Origin: Candidatus Omnitrophota bacterium
GTDB lineage: Bacteria; Omnitrophota; Gorgyraeia; Zapsychrales; Zapsychraceae
Reading direction: 5' to 3'
Length of the DNA stretch: 64,000 nt
Assembly (NCBI GenBank): GCA_020429915.1
Contig: JAGQKV010000020.1
Location: 1,673 to 65,672 of the forward strand
Shown here: piece by piece, positions 18,497-28,206 of the stretch
Layout: each line of letters starts with the position of its first letter
Numbering within the stretch: the first letter of the stretch is position 1
Program-made: the position numbers and the translations under genes
The notes under the pieces: model-generated
Databases searched by the model: none
Told to the model about the DNA's origin: nothing
What the model saw: the letters and a program-made list of their open reading frames with translations, nothing else

Positions 18497-19722
18497 CAGA
18501 TGCTCCGGATGGCCTTGACCGGGACGAGCTTGGCCGCGGTCCAGGCCGGATAAATGGATACGATCACGCTGGTCGCCAGCACCATGACGCCGGAGAGAAA
18601 TGTGTATTTAAAATTCAGACAGGGACGGATCACCGGTTCCATATAAAAGGCATTCAGTGCGTCGGTAAAGATGGTCAGATCGACACCGGTCTCCTGAAAA
18701 TACAGGCTTGAGGTCAGTCCGAGGAACAACCCGGCCGCGGTGCCGATCAGTCCCAGGAACACCGATTCCCACCCGACCATGGCGATGATCTGCCCTTCCT
18801 TGGTCCCCAGCGCCAGCAGGATCCCGAATTCCCGCGTGCGTTCCAGCACGCCCATGAGCACCGTATTCATGATGCCGATGGCGACCACGATCATAACGAT
18901 GACCACGATGATCCAGATGAAGGTGTTATCGTAATCCAGCCATTGCTGAAGAATGGGGGAAACGGTGTTCCACGCCAGGACCTCGAGCTCCGGATCGTTT
19001 AACGCAGTGCGCAGTCCGGCGGCGGTCTGTGTGGATTCCTCCACCGCGTGCAGCTGCACCGCGATCTGCGACGGGCGTCCGTCCATGACAAAAAGCTCGT
19101 CGGCGGCGGTGAACGTGATGATGGCCAGCCCCTTGTCGATCTCGGTCACTCCGGAATCCACAATCCCTTTGACATAGTAGGCCCCGCTGGCAATGCTCCC
19201 GTCGGCGGCCTGCGACATAAAGACGACTTTATCTTCCAGGCCGACGTTGAGGTTGGTGGCCATGTCCTTGCCGATGATGATCTGTTGATCGTCTCCGTCC
19301 TGAAGAAACGTCCCCTTGGCAATGCGTTTGTTCAACGTGCTGACCAGGATCTCGCGCGAAGGGTGGACGCCCAGAATGACCGTGCCCACCGACGCCTCGC
19401 TGGAGGCGATCAAACCCTCGGCTCGAATGCGCGGGCTGGTGGCCCGCACCGTCGGGTTTTGACGGATGCGCGCGTCGAGCGCTGCGCTGTTGTCCAAGGC
19501 TCTCTCGAGTTTCGGGTTGGTCTGATAACCGGCTGGTTGTACTTGGACCGGGCTCGTGATATAGGAAGTGTAATTCGTGATCATCTGGCGGTGGGCGCCT
19601 TCCACAAAAGACCAGATGAAGATCAACGCGCCCAGACCGATACCCACGGCCGAGATGGTGATCAGGGAGCGGCGTTTGTTCCTCAGAATGTTACGCAGGG
19701 CGATTTTGGCGAATGTGTTCAC
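18496..19722 (-). CDS. ABC transporter permease, FtsX/LolC/LolE-like
   Basis: N-terminal TM, large periplasmic domain, three C-terminal TM helices. Overlapping stop/start with the ATPase gene. Confidence 0.8.
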   Translation of the reverse strand: MNTFAKIALRNILRNKRRSLITISAVGIGLGALIFIWSFVEGAHRQMITNYTSYITSPVQVQPAGYQTNPKLERALDNSAALDARIRQNPTVRATSPRIRAEGLIASSEASVGTVILGVHPSREILVSTLNKRIAKGTFLQDGDDQQIIIGKDMATNLNVGLEDKVVFMSQAADGSIASGAYYVKGIVDSGVTEIDKGLAIITFTAADELFVMDGRPSQIAVQLHAVEESTQTAAGLRTALNDPELEVLAWNTVSPILQQWLDYDNTFIWIIVVIVMIVVAIGIMNTVLMGVLERTREFGILLALGTKEGQIIAMVGWESVFLGLIGTAAGLFLGLTSSLYFQETGVDLTIFTDALNAFYMEPVIRPCLNFKYTFLSGVMVLATSVIVSIYPAWTAAKLVPVKAIRSI

Positions 19723-19733
19723 AGGCGTTCAGG

Positions 19734-20762
19734 TCAGTTCAGGCGTTTCAGGTTTGATAAGGTGAATAAATTGTCATCGACCGGCTGATTGTAAACGACG
19801 TCTTTCAAATAGATGCGGGTGGTCTTTCCCTTCTTGATGTGATTGGTCATCATCCAGGTGCGCGGGACGGTGCGGTCCGAGACCTTTTCGATATCCGAAT
19901 ATTCGAGCCGTTTGACCAACCGACCGCGTTCGTCGTAATAGTCCTGGCGGATCGGAACATAATCCGCCGGGCGGATCCAGTAGTACAGTTTGCCCCAGAT
20001 GACCGCGGCCCCGGGCTTGGGGATCAATTCGATCTTGTAAGTCGGTTCCCCGCGCACGGTTTCCTCGGCGACGATTCGGTGGGTGTAGTCGTCGACGATG
20101 CTGTTTTCCTTAACCAAATCGTCATTGGCGAAATCGCTGCCCATCCATGACTGCAGCATCATCGACGGCGGGATTTTGATGACCTTTTCGATGCGCGGCA
20201 GATAATTCCACATCTCGTTGTCGATCCGCAGGGTGCCGGTGCCGGCTTCTTTGGCCGGGGACAGGATGCGGATAAAAATGCGGTCGCGGCCTTTGCTGTG
20301 GACCGCCAACTCCAGCGTGCGTGTCCATGACGGTGTGGTGATTTCCATAATATATGTCCCCTGAACGCTGTCACCGCGCATCAGATCATCCGACTTTTTC
20401 ACCATGGTCTTGGGGTCCGGCAGGGAGGCGACAGGCGGTGTTGCGGTCGCGTCGACCGGATCGGCGGCCGGTTTTTTTATCACAGGCGCTGATGCCGCGG
20501 GCGGCCTGGTCTCCGTGACCGCCGGCACGTCCGTTCGAATAACTGCCGGTGCGGACGGGGCAGGCTGTGTCTTTTTTTCAGGGACAGCAGGTTTTTCTTC
20601 CAAATGAGCGGAATTTTGCGGCCGCGCGGCAGGCGGCGGTTCAGCGGCGGGAGGCGCGGCTGATTGCGGCGGCCGTTCGCAAGCGGTGAGGCATAAAATG
20701 AGGAAAATGCAAATAAATCCAAATTTTTGCCAAATAATTGGCCTTTTCGCTATTGCCTGCAT
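19734..20762 (-). CDS. LolA-like outer-membrane lipoprotein-sorting-family lipoprotein with Pro/Ala-rich linker
   Basis: Lipobox LILCLTAC. Low-complexity PPAAEPPPAARP linker. C-terminal LolA-like beta domain. First gene of the minus-strand operon. Confidence 0.5.
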   Translation of the reverse strand: MQAIAKRPIIWQKFGFICIFLILCLTACERPPQSAAPPAAEPPPAARPQNSAHLEEKPAVPEKKTQPAPSAPAVIRTDVPAVTETRPPAASAPVIKKPAADPVDATATPPVASLPDPKTMVKKSDDLMRGDSVQGTYIMEITTPSWTRTLELAVHSKGRDRIFIRILSPAKEAGTGTLRIDNEMWNYLPRIEKVIKIPPSMMLQSWMGSDFANDDLVKENSIVDDYTHRIVAEETVRGEPTYKIELIPKPGAAVIWGKLYYWIRPADYVPIRQDYYDERGRLVKRLEYSDIEKVSDRTVPRTWMMTNHIKKGKTTRIYLKDVVYNQPVDDNLFTLSNLKRLN

Positions 20763-20876
20763 AATGCCTGTATGCTAACATACGGCCATATCAATTGCAA
20801 TCCATTCCCACAGGATTACTGACGAGAATCACCTCAATTCACGGTCGTCCTAAGCGGAATTCTTTACCAGCCGATA

Positions 20877-21575
20877 ATGTTGAACGTCACATGCCGCAGG
20901 ATCCTTCCCGACGAGAAAGGCATCCTGGATAAGATATACCGCTTACGGTACCGGGTCTATGTCAATGAACGCGAGTTTCTTTCGGTCCAGGATTTCTCCG
21001 AACCGCGGGAACGCGACGTTTATGACTCCCAGTCCGTCCATTTCGCGGCCATCACCGACGACGGTGAGGTGGTCGGAACTCTCCGCCTGATTTTACCCCA
21101 CGGCCGCATGCTCCCGATTGAAGAGAAGGTCCCGGGTCTGCCCGCCGACCGTTCGGATTACGCCGAGGTCTCCCGGTTGATCGTCAGCAACACCGCTTTG
21201 AACCGCTGCCTGCGGTCGGCCGGCGTGAACACGCGCGTGAACAGACGTGAACGTTTGGTCAGCAAAATGCAGGCGATGACCTTTCACATGTGCAAGGCGG
21301 CCGTTGCTTACAGTGTCAATGAAGGCATCAACCGCTGGTACGCGTTTATGGAAAAAGGACTGTGGCGGCTGCTGGTCAATCACGGCTTCCGCTTTCATTC
21401 TATCGGACCGGCGGTCACTCACTTCGGTCAGGTTATTCCGTTTATGGCCGACGTCTCCTCGTTTCACGATCCGATCGCGGATTATCTGCAACGGCATGAA
21501 ATTCCGCCCACCATCACCACCGAACGCCATTCCGGCACCTATTTTCCCAATGAATGTGTTCCCGCTATGGTTTAA
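20877..21575 (+). CDS. N-acyl amino acid synthase-like GNAT (FeeM/OlsB-like, PEP-CTERM/exosortase-associated acyltransferase family), paralogue 1
   Basis: Motifs IYRLRYRVYV, VHFAAITDDGEVVGTLRLIL, LPIEE, shared with paralogue 2. LuxI/FeeM-like fold signature. Confidence 0.6.
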   Translation: MLNVTCRRILPDEKGILDKIYRLRYRVYVNEREFLSVQDFSEPRERDVYDSQSVHFAAITDDGEVVGTLRLILPHGRMLPIEEKVPGLPADRSDYAEVSRLIVSNTALNRCLRSAGVNTRVNRRERLVSKMQAMTFHMCKAAVAYSVNEGINRWYAFMEKGLWRLLVNHGFRFHSIGPAVTHFGQVIPFMADVSSFHDPIADYLQRHEIPPTITTERHSGTYFPNECVPAMV

Positions 21576-21652
21576 CGGTGCTTCCGTGAGACGGAACCGG
21601 GCGGCATTTTTACCTTTTGACTTGATTCCGTCGGTTTGTTAGTATTTAAGCT

Positions 21653-22384
21653 ATGAAATTAGACGGAGAAGAGATATTATTTCAGCGGGTCGCGCTGTCC
21701 GACACGAAATTGATGCAGAACATCTACCGCTTGCGGCTGCAGGTGTACGGCCATGAGTGCGGTTTCATCAATCCGGCGGACTACCCGGACGGAATGGAAA
21801 GGGACGATTATGAGGACCAGGCCGTTCATTTCGCGATCACCAGCCAGAACGGCGACATGATCGGAGCGATGCGGTTGATTTTGCCTGGCAAGCGGCCGCT
21901 GCCGATCGAAGAGCATTGTCCCGACGTGAATCTCGCCTCCGCATTGGGCCCGGACAGCTGTTGCGCCGAGATATCCCGTCTGGTCATCAGCAAGCGTATC
22001 CGCCGGCGCCGTAATGACGGTTTGTACTATGAGCCGCAGGTGCAGGACCAACAGGGCGTCGATGCCGAAGGCAAGGCCTTCCGCCGCCGGTCGCGACCGA
22101 TGGCATTCGGTTTGTACCGCGAGATGTATCTGGAAAGCAAACGGCTGGGGATAACCCACTGGTGTTCGCTGATGGAGAAGAGTTTGTGGATGCTGCTGCG
22201 CGTGCACGGGTTTTTCTTTGAGCCGGTGGGGGAAGAAGTCGACCTGTTCGGCCCGGTCCGCCCTTACGTTTCCAACATCGCGGCCGTGGAAAAGGAAGTG
22301 GCCGACAGATTTCCACAGTTTTATCAGTGGTTTACCTCCGATGTTTCACAGGAAGAAACTCTCAACCAGCCCTTTCCGTTCTAA
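21653..22384 (+). CDS. N-acyl amino acid synthase-like GNAT, paralogue 2
   Basis: IYRLRLQVYGHE, VHFAITSQNGDMIGAMRLIL, LPIEE. Candidate sigma70 promoter TTGACT-17-TAGTAT ends 7 nt before the ATG, so the mRNA may be leaderless. Confidence 0.6.
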   Translation: MKLDGEEILFQRVALSDTKLMQNIYRLRLQVYGHECGFINPADYPDGMERDDYEDQAVHFAITSQNGDMIGAMRLILPGKRPLPIEEHCPDVNLASALGPDSCCAEISRLVISKRIRRRRNDGLYYEPQVQDQQGVDAEGKAFRRRSRPMAFGLYREMYLESKRLGITHWCSLMEKSLWMLLRVHGFFFEPVGEEVDLFGPVRPYVSNIAAVEKEVADRFPQFYQWFTSDVSQEETLNQPFPF

Positions 22385-22437
22385 ATTATCCTTATATTCA
22401 TAGCGTTTTAACGGGTTTGATCTATACTTAAAGTGGT

Positions 22438-25143
22438 ATGAGTCAAACGGATCGACATATTTTTGCGCGGTTTGAGCAGACCGTGCGGGCTTGTCCGGAC
22501 GAAGAATGCATCCGCTTTAAGACCAGTGATACGTACTGCTCGCTCAGCTACAAAACGCTGCACCGCCGTGTGCTGCTGCTGCGCGAGATCCTGCTGGCGC
22601 GCGGCGTCCGTCCGGGCGACCGGGTGGCGATCATCGCCGAGAACCATCCCACCTTTGTAGCGGCTATGCTTGCTGTTTTGGCCGCCGACGCCATCGCCGT
22701 CCCGCTGGACATTCAATACACCAGTCAGCAATTGCAAACCGTGATCGATCACGCGGGGATCAAGATCATCCTCGGCGTGTCCCGCACGTTTTCGGAGTGG
22801 AATAACGGGGTCCGCGATGCCGAGACGGTGCAGATGGATGCCGGCAATATCATGCGCGAATTTGCCGAGATCGACGAACCGCGGGCCTTTGATCCCGCCG
22901 CAACGCATACCGCCGAAGCGCTGATCCTTTATACATCGGGGACGACCAGCGAACCCAAGGGGGTGGTGCTTACCCATGAGAATATCCTGGCGAACGTCGA
23001 TGCCCTCCTGCACAAAGACATTATCCGCACCGAAGACCGGGTGTTGTCCTTTTTACCGCTGCAGCATGCTTATGCCATTTCCGGCACGTTATTCACGCCG
23101 CTGTTGAGCGGCGCCAAGATTATCTTTCCGGCCAGCATCGCCGCCAAGGAACTGGTGGCGTGTATGCGCGAGACTAAGACCACCATCTTCGTCGGTGTTC
23201 CTCAGGTCTATTCCCTGATGCACCGGGCGATCAGCGACAAGCTCAATCAGCTGCCTACGGGAAAGAAGTTCATGGCCCGGACGCTCGGCAGACTGTCCGC
23301 CGGATGGCGGCGGATCACCGGGATCAATGCGTCGCCGCGGATCTTCGGCAAGATTCACGCGACGTACGGCGGGCACCTCAGGCTGATGGTTTCCGGCGGT
23401 GCGCACCTGGACGAACAAATCGCGACCGACTTTACATTTTGGGGATTCACCATCGTGCAGGGTTATGGGCTGACCGAGACCGCGCCCGTGCTGACCTTTG
23501 ATTCCCCGCGCGCGCCGCGCATCGGGTCTTCGGGCCAGCCGCTGTGCAACGTGGCGATCAAGATCCACACGCCGGGTAAGGACGGGATCGGCGAGGTGTG
23601 GGCGAAGGGACCGAACGTGATGGCCGGTTATTTCCGCAATCCCGAGGCCACCGCCGCGGTGATGAAAGGGGATTGGTTTAAGACCGGGGATTTGGGTTAT
23701 CTTGACCGCGCCGGGCGGTTGTATCTGAAAGGCCGCAAGAAGGAGCTGATCGTTTTGAGCAGCGGCAAGAATATTCATCCCGAGCAACTCGAAAAGCAAT
23801 TCGATCAGATGCCCAGCATCAAGGAAGCCGCGGTCCTGACCGCGCGCACGAGTCACGACGGCGGTGAACAGCTGGTCGGACTGTTTGTTCCGGACGAGGC
23901 TTTCTTCGAGCAGCAGCGCGACATGGGGATCGTGGAGCGCATTAAGTGGGACCTCGAAAATATTCAGGCCCATCTGCCGTCGTATCAGCACCTGCGCGGT
24001 TTTGAAGTCATTCAGGAACCGTTGCCGCGGACCCGGTTGGGCAAGATCCGCCGTTTTCAGCTCGCCCGTATTTTCGAAGAGGCGCGCCGCGAGCACCTGT
24101 CGCGGCAGAGAGTCACCGCGCGCGTGTCTTCGGCCGCGCACAGCGGATTGGAGAGCCGGGCGCTGGCGTTTCTGGAGGAAACTCTTAAACAACCGGTGCG
24201 ACGCAGTGATCACCTGGAGCTGGATCTGGGCGTCGACTCGCTCGGACGCATCGAGCTGTTGATGAACTTGCAGGAGCACTTGGGGCTGAAGATCAATGAA
24301 GAGCAGATGATGAAGTTCTTTTCGTGCACCACCGTTGGTGAACTGGAAGAGACCCTGCGCGGGGTGCAGGGCGCGGCCGGCCAAATCGCCGGTAATCCCG
24401 ACGCGGCCCGGGAATGGAGCGAACTGCTGCAAGGCGATCCGCCGCAGCAGGTGCGTGAGCGCGTGGCATTGACTTTCAGCACCGGGCAGATCATTCTTAA
24501 TTTTTTCATGATCGCCATATTCAAACTGTTTTTCGGTTTCTTCTTTTTGCTGACGGCCACCGGACGCTGGAACCTGCCGCGTAAAGGCCCGTACATCCTC
24601 GCGTCGAATCACGCGAGTTACCTCGACGGTTTGTTCGTGATGTCCGCGTTGCCGTACCGGACGATCCTGCGGACTTATTTTATCGGGCTCGGAAAGTTTC
24701 TCGACGCGCCGATGCTCAAGCCGTTCGGCAAGGTCGCGCGGCTGGTGCCGGTGTACAAGGATTTTTCCCTCATCGATACCCTGCGCTCATGCGCGTATTT
24801 GTTGCGTCACGGGAAGGTGTTGTGCTATTTTCCGGCCGGACAGCGGTCCATCGACGGATCGGTACAGCCCTTCAAAAAAGGGATCGGTATCCTCATCAAA
24901 GAACTGGACGTCCCGGTGGTGCCTGTTTACATCGAAGGCTCATTCAAGACCTGGCCGCGCGGCAGGCGTTTTCCGCGCTTGGCCTCGGTGAGTGTCCGTT
25001 TCGGCAAGGCCCTGCATCCCGCCGATTTCGAGATCATCACGCCGGGAGAAGACCGGGATCCTCACCAACATATTGCCGACCAGCTCCGCGAACAGGTCCG
25101 GGCGCTGGTTCGCGGGCCTGCCGCGCCGCCGTCTTCCTCCTGA
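22438..25143 (+). CDS. Tri-domain fusion: acyl-AMP ligase (acyl-ACP synthetase-like), acyl carrier protein domain, and PlsC-family lysophospholipid acyltransferase
   Basis: AMP-binding motifs LYTSGTTSEPKG and YGLTET. Phosphopantetheine site LGVDSLGRIELL. PlsC HX4D motif NHASYLDG plus downstream YFPAGQRS block. Confidence 0.8.
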   Translation: MSQTDRHIFARFEQTVRACPDEECIRFKTSDTYCSLSYKTLHRRVLLLREILLARGVRPGDRVAIIAENHPTFVAAMLAVLAADAIAVPLDIQYTSQQLQTVIDHAGIKIILGVSRTFSEWNNGVRDAETVQMDAGNIMREFAEIDEPRAFDPAATHTAEALILYTSGTTSEPKGVVLTHENILANVDALLHKDIIRTEDRVLSFLPLQHAYAISGTLFTPLLSGAKIIFPASIAAKELVACMRETKTTIFVGVPQVYSLMHRAISDKLNQLPTGKKFMARTLGRLSAGWRRITGINASPRIFGKIHATYGGHLRLMVSGGAHLDEQIATDFTFWGFTIVQGYGLTETAPVLTFDSPRAPRIGSSGQPLCNVAIKIHTPGKDGIGEVWAKGPNVMAGYFRNPEATAAVMKGDWFKTGDLGYLDRAGRLYLKGRKKELIVLSSGKNIHPEQLEKQFDQMPSIKEAAVLTARTSHDGGEQLVGLFVPDEAFFEQQRDMGIVERIKWDLENIQAHLPSYQHLRGFEVIQEPLPRTRLGKIRRFQLARIFEEARREHLSRQRVTARVSSAAHSGLESRALAFLEETLKQPVRRSDHLELDLGVDSLGRIELLMNLQEHLGLKINEEQMMKFFSCTTVGELEETLRGVQGAAGQIAGNPDAAREWSELLQGDPPQQVRERVALTFSTGQIILNFFMIAIFKLFFGFFFLLTATGRWNLPRKGPYILASNHASYLDGLFVMSALPYRTILRTYFIGLGKFLDAPMLKPFGKVARLVPVYKDFSLIDTLRSCAYLLRHGKVLCYFPAGQRSIDGSVQPFKKGIGILIKELDVPVVPVYIEGSFKTWPRGRRFPRLASVSVRFGKALHPADFEIITPGEDRDPHQHIADQLREQVRALVRGPAAPPSSS

Positions 25144-25291
25144 TCGACCCCCCGGGAATTTGAAATTGGCAAACCAGGCGGATTTTGCTATACTTCCTAT
25201 CCGTCAACCAACTCATCTGCGGGTGACGGACCGCCTGTCATGAGACCGCGGGCGGTCATGTTAAAACCCGACACCGGAAATACTATTCCCT

Positions 25292-26137
25292 ATGAAAGCG
25301 TTTTGGCTCATGCGTTCGGCGGCCGGTACGTTCGCCGACAACAAAATCGTGGCGGCTCCGCTTTATCTCCTGCTGTTTCTTTATCTGGCAGCGCTGGAGG
25401 TGTTGTATTTCATCCCGTTTGCGCCGTTGCGAAAGCATTTGGGACCGGTGGTGCAACGGTTGTTCGGTGACCTCTTTCTGCATTACCCGCATCATCTGTT
25501 ACTACTTCCCAAACTCTTTCAGTACGCGCAACTGGCTGTTTATCTTTTCTTTGGCAGTCTGCTCATTCCGGTTTCCATCGCGCTGATCGACCAGGTCTAT
25601 CATCAGCGGCCGGCGTCTCTGCGTAAGGCCTTTGGCCGTGCCGTGCGCGCGTATCCGCAAGTCCTGCTGCTCTTGACGCTGATGATGACAGTGATGCTGT
25701 GGAAGATGGGCCTGCTGGACCTGCTCGTCCAACGTGCTGCGCGCATCCGTTCGGCCGCCGGGCCGTTCAAGCTGCTGAAAGATGTTATGCTCTTCGGCGC
25801 GCCCTACATCAACCTTTTGCTGGATATCGTGATCCAGACATTTTTCGCCGCCGCGATCCCGGCCGTGGTCACCGGGGCGGGACGGATCGCCGACGCGTTG
25901 CGGATGAATTTCCGGTTGGTCAAGCAATACCGCGCGACGGTGTTCGGACTGATTTTTGTGCCGTCTTTGCTGCATGTGCCGTTGCATCTGCTGCGCGCGA
26001 CAGCGGTCTTTACCGATACTTTGCCGGAAACCACCGTGATCCTGCTGGCGGCCGGGGCGTGCGTGAACGTCTTTGTTGAAGGGATGGTCTACGCCGGACT
26101 GACGATCCTGTGCCTGACGCCGAAGGAGGGCGCATGA
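25292..26137 (+). CDS. Polytopic membrane protein, unknown function
   Basis: 6-7 predicted TM helices. No conserved motif recognised. Confidence 0.45.
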   Translation: MKAFWLMRSAAGTFADNKIVAAPLYLLLFLYLAALEVLYFIPFAPLRKHLGPVVQRLFGDLFLHYPHHLLLLPKLFQYAQLAVYLFFGSLLIPVSIALIDQVYHQRPASLRKAFGRAVRAYPQVLLLLTLMMTVMLWKMGLLDLLVQRAARIRSAAGPFKLLKDVMLFGAPYINLLLDIVIQTFFAAAIPAVVTGAGRIADALRMNFRLVKQYRATVFGLIFVPSLLHVPLHLLRATAVFTDTLPETTVILLAAGACVNVFVEGMVYAGLTILCLTPKEGA

Positions 26138-27084
26138 AGAAGACGCTCATTTTCTTGTATACGTGTCTGGTGCTGGCCGCTGCGGCCGGATTGTGGTTCA
26201 ACCGCAACGGGACGTATCTTGCGGAGCGCTCTTTGTGGAAGCTTTCACGGGAATACGACGCGATCGTCAACAATACCACCGGAACTCCCACGCAAAACTA
26301 TGTCTTCCTTTTGGAGAAGCTGGACAAATTTATCCGGCGCTACTCGCCGCACCGGGTGGTCTCGGTCGGCTATATCCTGCGCGGACGGTTATTGACCGTT
26401 CAGGGAAAGTACGCGCTGGCCAGGCAGGAGTTCGATGAGGCATTGGATATGTTCGCCGGCCAGGAAGCGCTCGTCGTTCAACTGCTGCTCGAAGAGGCCC
26501 AGATGTACGCCCTCGCCGGCGATCACCAGGGGGTGACCGATACTTATGACCGGATCATCAGCGAGCATGCCCTGACGCCGCACGGCATGCAGGGGCCGTT
26601 GATTCTGGCAAAATACTTCGTCCAAAAACGCGAGGCCGCGCGCGCCAAGGAGGCCTACATCGCGGCCATCGATCATTACCGCAGGCTGATCGAGAAATAT
26701 CCGGACAGCCAGGTCGAGTTCCAAAGCCGCCTGCTGCTGGCTGAGAGTTTTAAATTCCTGGAAGACTGGGACAAAGTCCTGGAGCTGCACAAGGAAACGC
26801 TCCTGAAATTCGCTGCACCGGAATTTTGGAACCGTCAGTCCCTGCTGTACGTCATCCAGTCCATCAACAGTGCCACGATCCTGCGGAATAAAGATTTCAC
26901 CACACCGGTGGCGATCTATTCCGAGTTCATTCAAAAATATCCGAACCATCCCTTTAACGACGACCTCACCGAGTACATCCGCCGCATTCAATACATGGAA
27001 GCCAGGACCAGAGAGACGGGGGCACCCGTTGACGCGTCCGCGCTGGAAGGTGCGCCCGTGTTGGAAGGCGCTCCCGCGCCTTAG
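26134..27084 (+). CDS. TPR-like repeat protein with signal peptide
   Basis: Start MKKTLIFLYTCLVLAAAAGLW. Helical repeat architecture. Confidence 0.45.
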   Translation: MKKTLIFLYTCLVLAAAAGLWFNRNGTYLAERSLWKLSREYDAIVNNTTGTPTQNYVFLLEKLDKFIRRYSPHRVVSVGYILRGRLLTVQGKYALARQEFDEALDMFAGQEALVVQLLLEEAQMYALAGDHQGVTDTYDRIISEHALTPHGMQGPLILAKYFVQKREAARAKEAYIAAIDHYRRLIEKYPDSQVEFQSRLLLAESFKFLEDWDKVLELHKETLLKFAAPEFWNRQSLLYVIQSINSATILRNKDFTTPVAIYSEFIQKYPNHPFNDDLTEYIRRIQYMEARTRETGAPVDASALEGAPVLEGAPAP

Positions 27085-27158
27085 CGATCGGTTCGCGGGA
27101 GATCCGGCCGGACGACGCCTTTGTGCGGGGCTTGACAAACCCTTTCGCTTCTGCAATT

Positions 27159-27178
27159 ATATAGCTTGTTGGCTATAT
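27159..27178. promoter_or_regulatory. ArsR-type operator palindrome ATATAGC-N6-GCTATAT overlapping TTGACA promoter of arsR
   Basis: Perfect 7-bp dyad. A -35 TTGACA lies about 22 nt upstream. Confidence 0.5.
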
Positions 27179-27194
27179 CGTTACGGAGGATGAA

Positions 27195-27536
27195 ATGCAG
27201 GAATTGGAACAGATATTGAAAGTCCTGGCGGACAAAAACCGCATGCGTATCATCAAGCTCCTCGAGCAGCGGCCCATGTGCGTGTGTGAACTCGCCTACG
27301 TGCTCGGCATCAAACAGCCGAGCGTCTCGCGTCATCTGAAAAAGATGAAGGCCTGCGGAGTCATCCGGGAAGAGCAGAACAGTTATTGGAAGGACTATTC
27401 GTTGGCGATGAATAAAGGCGGGTATACCCGGTCGCTGACCAGGAATTTTAAGACCTGGCTGAATGAAGATCCGGTCGTCAAACAGGACCGGGCCAGGCTG
27501 CGCAAGGCGGACCGCAACACATTGTGTTGCCGCTAA
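27195..27536 (+). CDS. arsR: ArsR/SmtB-family metalloregulator
   Basis: HTH plus metal-binding CVCE motif (RPMCVCELAYVLG). Confidence 0.8.
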   Translation: MQELEQILKVLADKNRMRIIKLLEQRPMCVCELAYVLGIKQPSVSRHLKKMKACGVIREEQNSYWKDYSLAMNKGGYTRSLTRNFKTWLNEDPVVKQDRARLRKADRNTLCCR

Positions 27537-27553
27537 ATTTTTTTAACCCGAAT

Positions 27554-27573
27554 ATATAGCATAATTGCTATAT
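27554..27573. promoter_or_regulatory. Second ArsR-type operator ATATAGC-N6-GCTATAT upstream of arsC
   Basis: Same half-sites and spacing as the site at 27159. Confidence 0.5.
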
Positions 27574-27596
27574 GGATAATCAAGGAGGCGGGGAGG

Positions 27597-28031
27597 ATGA
27601 AGACGAAGGTGTTGTTTGTTTGCATTCATAATTCCGCGCGCAGTCAGATGGCGGAAGAATTACTGCGCAAGATCGGCGGAGACAATTTCGAAGTGGAAAG
27701 TGCCGGTCTCGAGCCGGGGACATTGAATCCCTTTGTGATCGAGGCGCTCAAGGAAAAAGGGATCGATATCACGGGGAAAAAGACGCAGGCCGTGTTCGAT
27801 TTGTTCAAGGCGGGACGGAATTATCATTATGTGATCGCGGTGTGCGACGGCGCCTCGGCGGAGAAATGTCCGATCTTTCCGGGCCTGTACGAACGCATAC
27901 ACTGGAGCTTTACCGATCCGTCGCAGTTTGACGGTACGCCGGAACAAAAACTTGAAAAGGTGAGGGCGGTCCGGGATGAAATCGAAGACAAACTCATCGA
28001 ATGGCTGGCCGAACTGTCCGCCAAAAAATAG
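27597..28031 (+). CDS. arsC: Arsenate reductase, thioredoxin-coupled LMW-PTPase family
   Basis: CX5R P-loop VCIHNSARSQ. Downstream Cys pair in VCDGASAEKCPIF. Confidence 0.85.
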   Translation: MKTKVLFVCIHNSARSQMAEELLRKIGGDNFEVESAGLEPGTLNPFVIEALKEKGIDITGKKTQAVFDLFKAGRNYHYVIAVCDGASAEKCPIFPGLYERIHWSFTDPSQFDGTPEQKLEKVRAVRDEIEDKLIEWLAELSAKK

Positions 28032-28062
28032 CGGCCGTCCCCGGCCGGAAGGAGTGGTGACT

Positions 28063-28206
28063 ATGAGCGACAAGACCAAAGAGAAGAAAAATAAAAAGAA
28101 AGGCTGGTTTGCCGGCGTGCTGGACAAACTGGACAAAAAGATGGAAGAAAAGGCGAAGAAATCCCCGTGCTGCGGTGGTGACGGCAAAGGTTCTTCATGT
28201 TGCTGA
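28063..28206 (+). CDS. Small Lys-rich, Cys-rich peptide (47 aa) ending [12 protein letters not shown]. Possible metal(loid)-binding peptide
   Basis: RBS GGAGTGGTG. Two vicinal Cys pairs. Overlaps the arsP start. Below the ORF-track length cutoff. Confidence 0.35.
   Translation: MSDKTKEKKNKKKGWFAGVLDKLDKKMEEKAKKSPCCGGDGKGSSCC

Noticed and set aside
23089-24612. 507-aa minus-strand ORF antisense to the ligase-ACP-PlsC gene. Similar long antisense ORFs at 40091..42064, 16887..17819, 19048..19788 and 12939..13472
   Set aside because: High-GC DNA yields long stop-free antisense frames. Each is fully overlapped by a sense ORF with clear family motifs, and the antisense translations are Arg/Pro/Gly-rich low-complexity.
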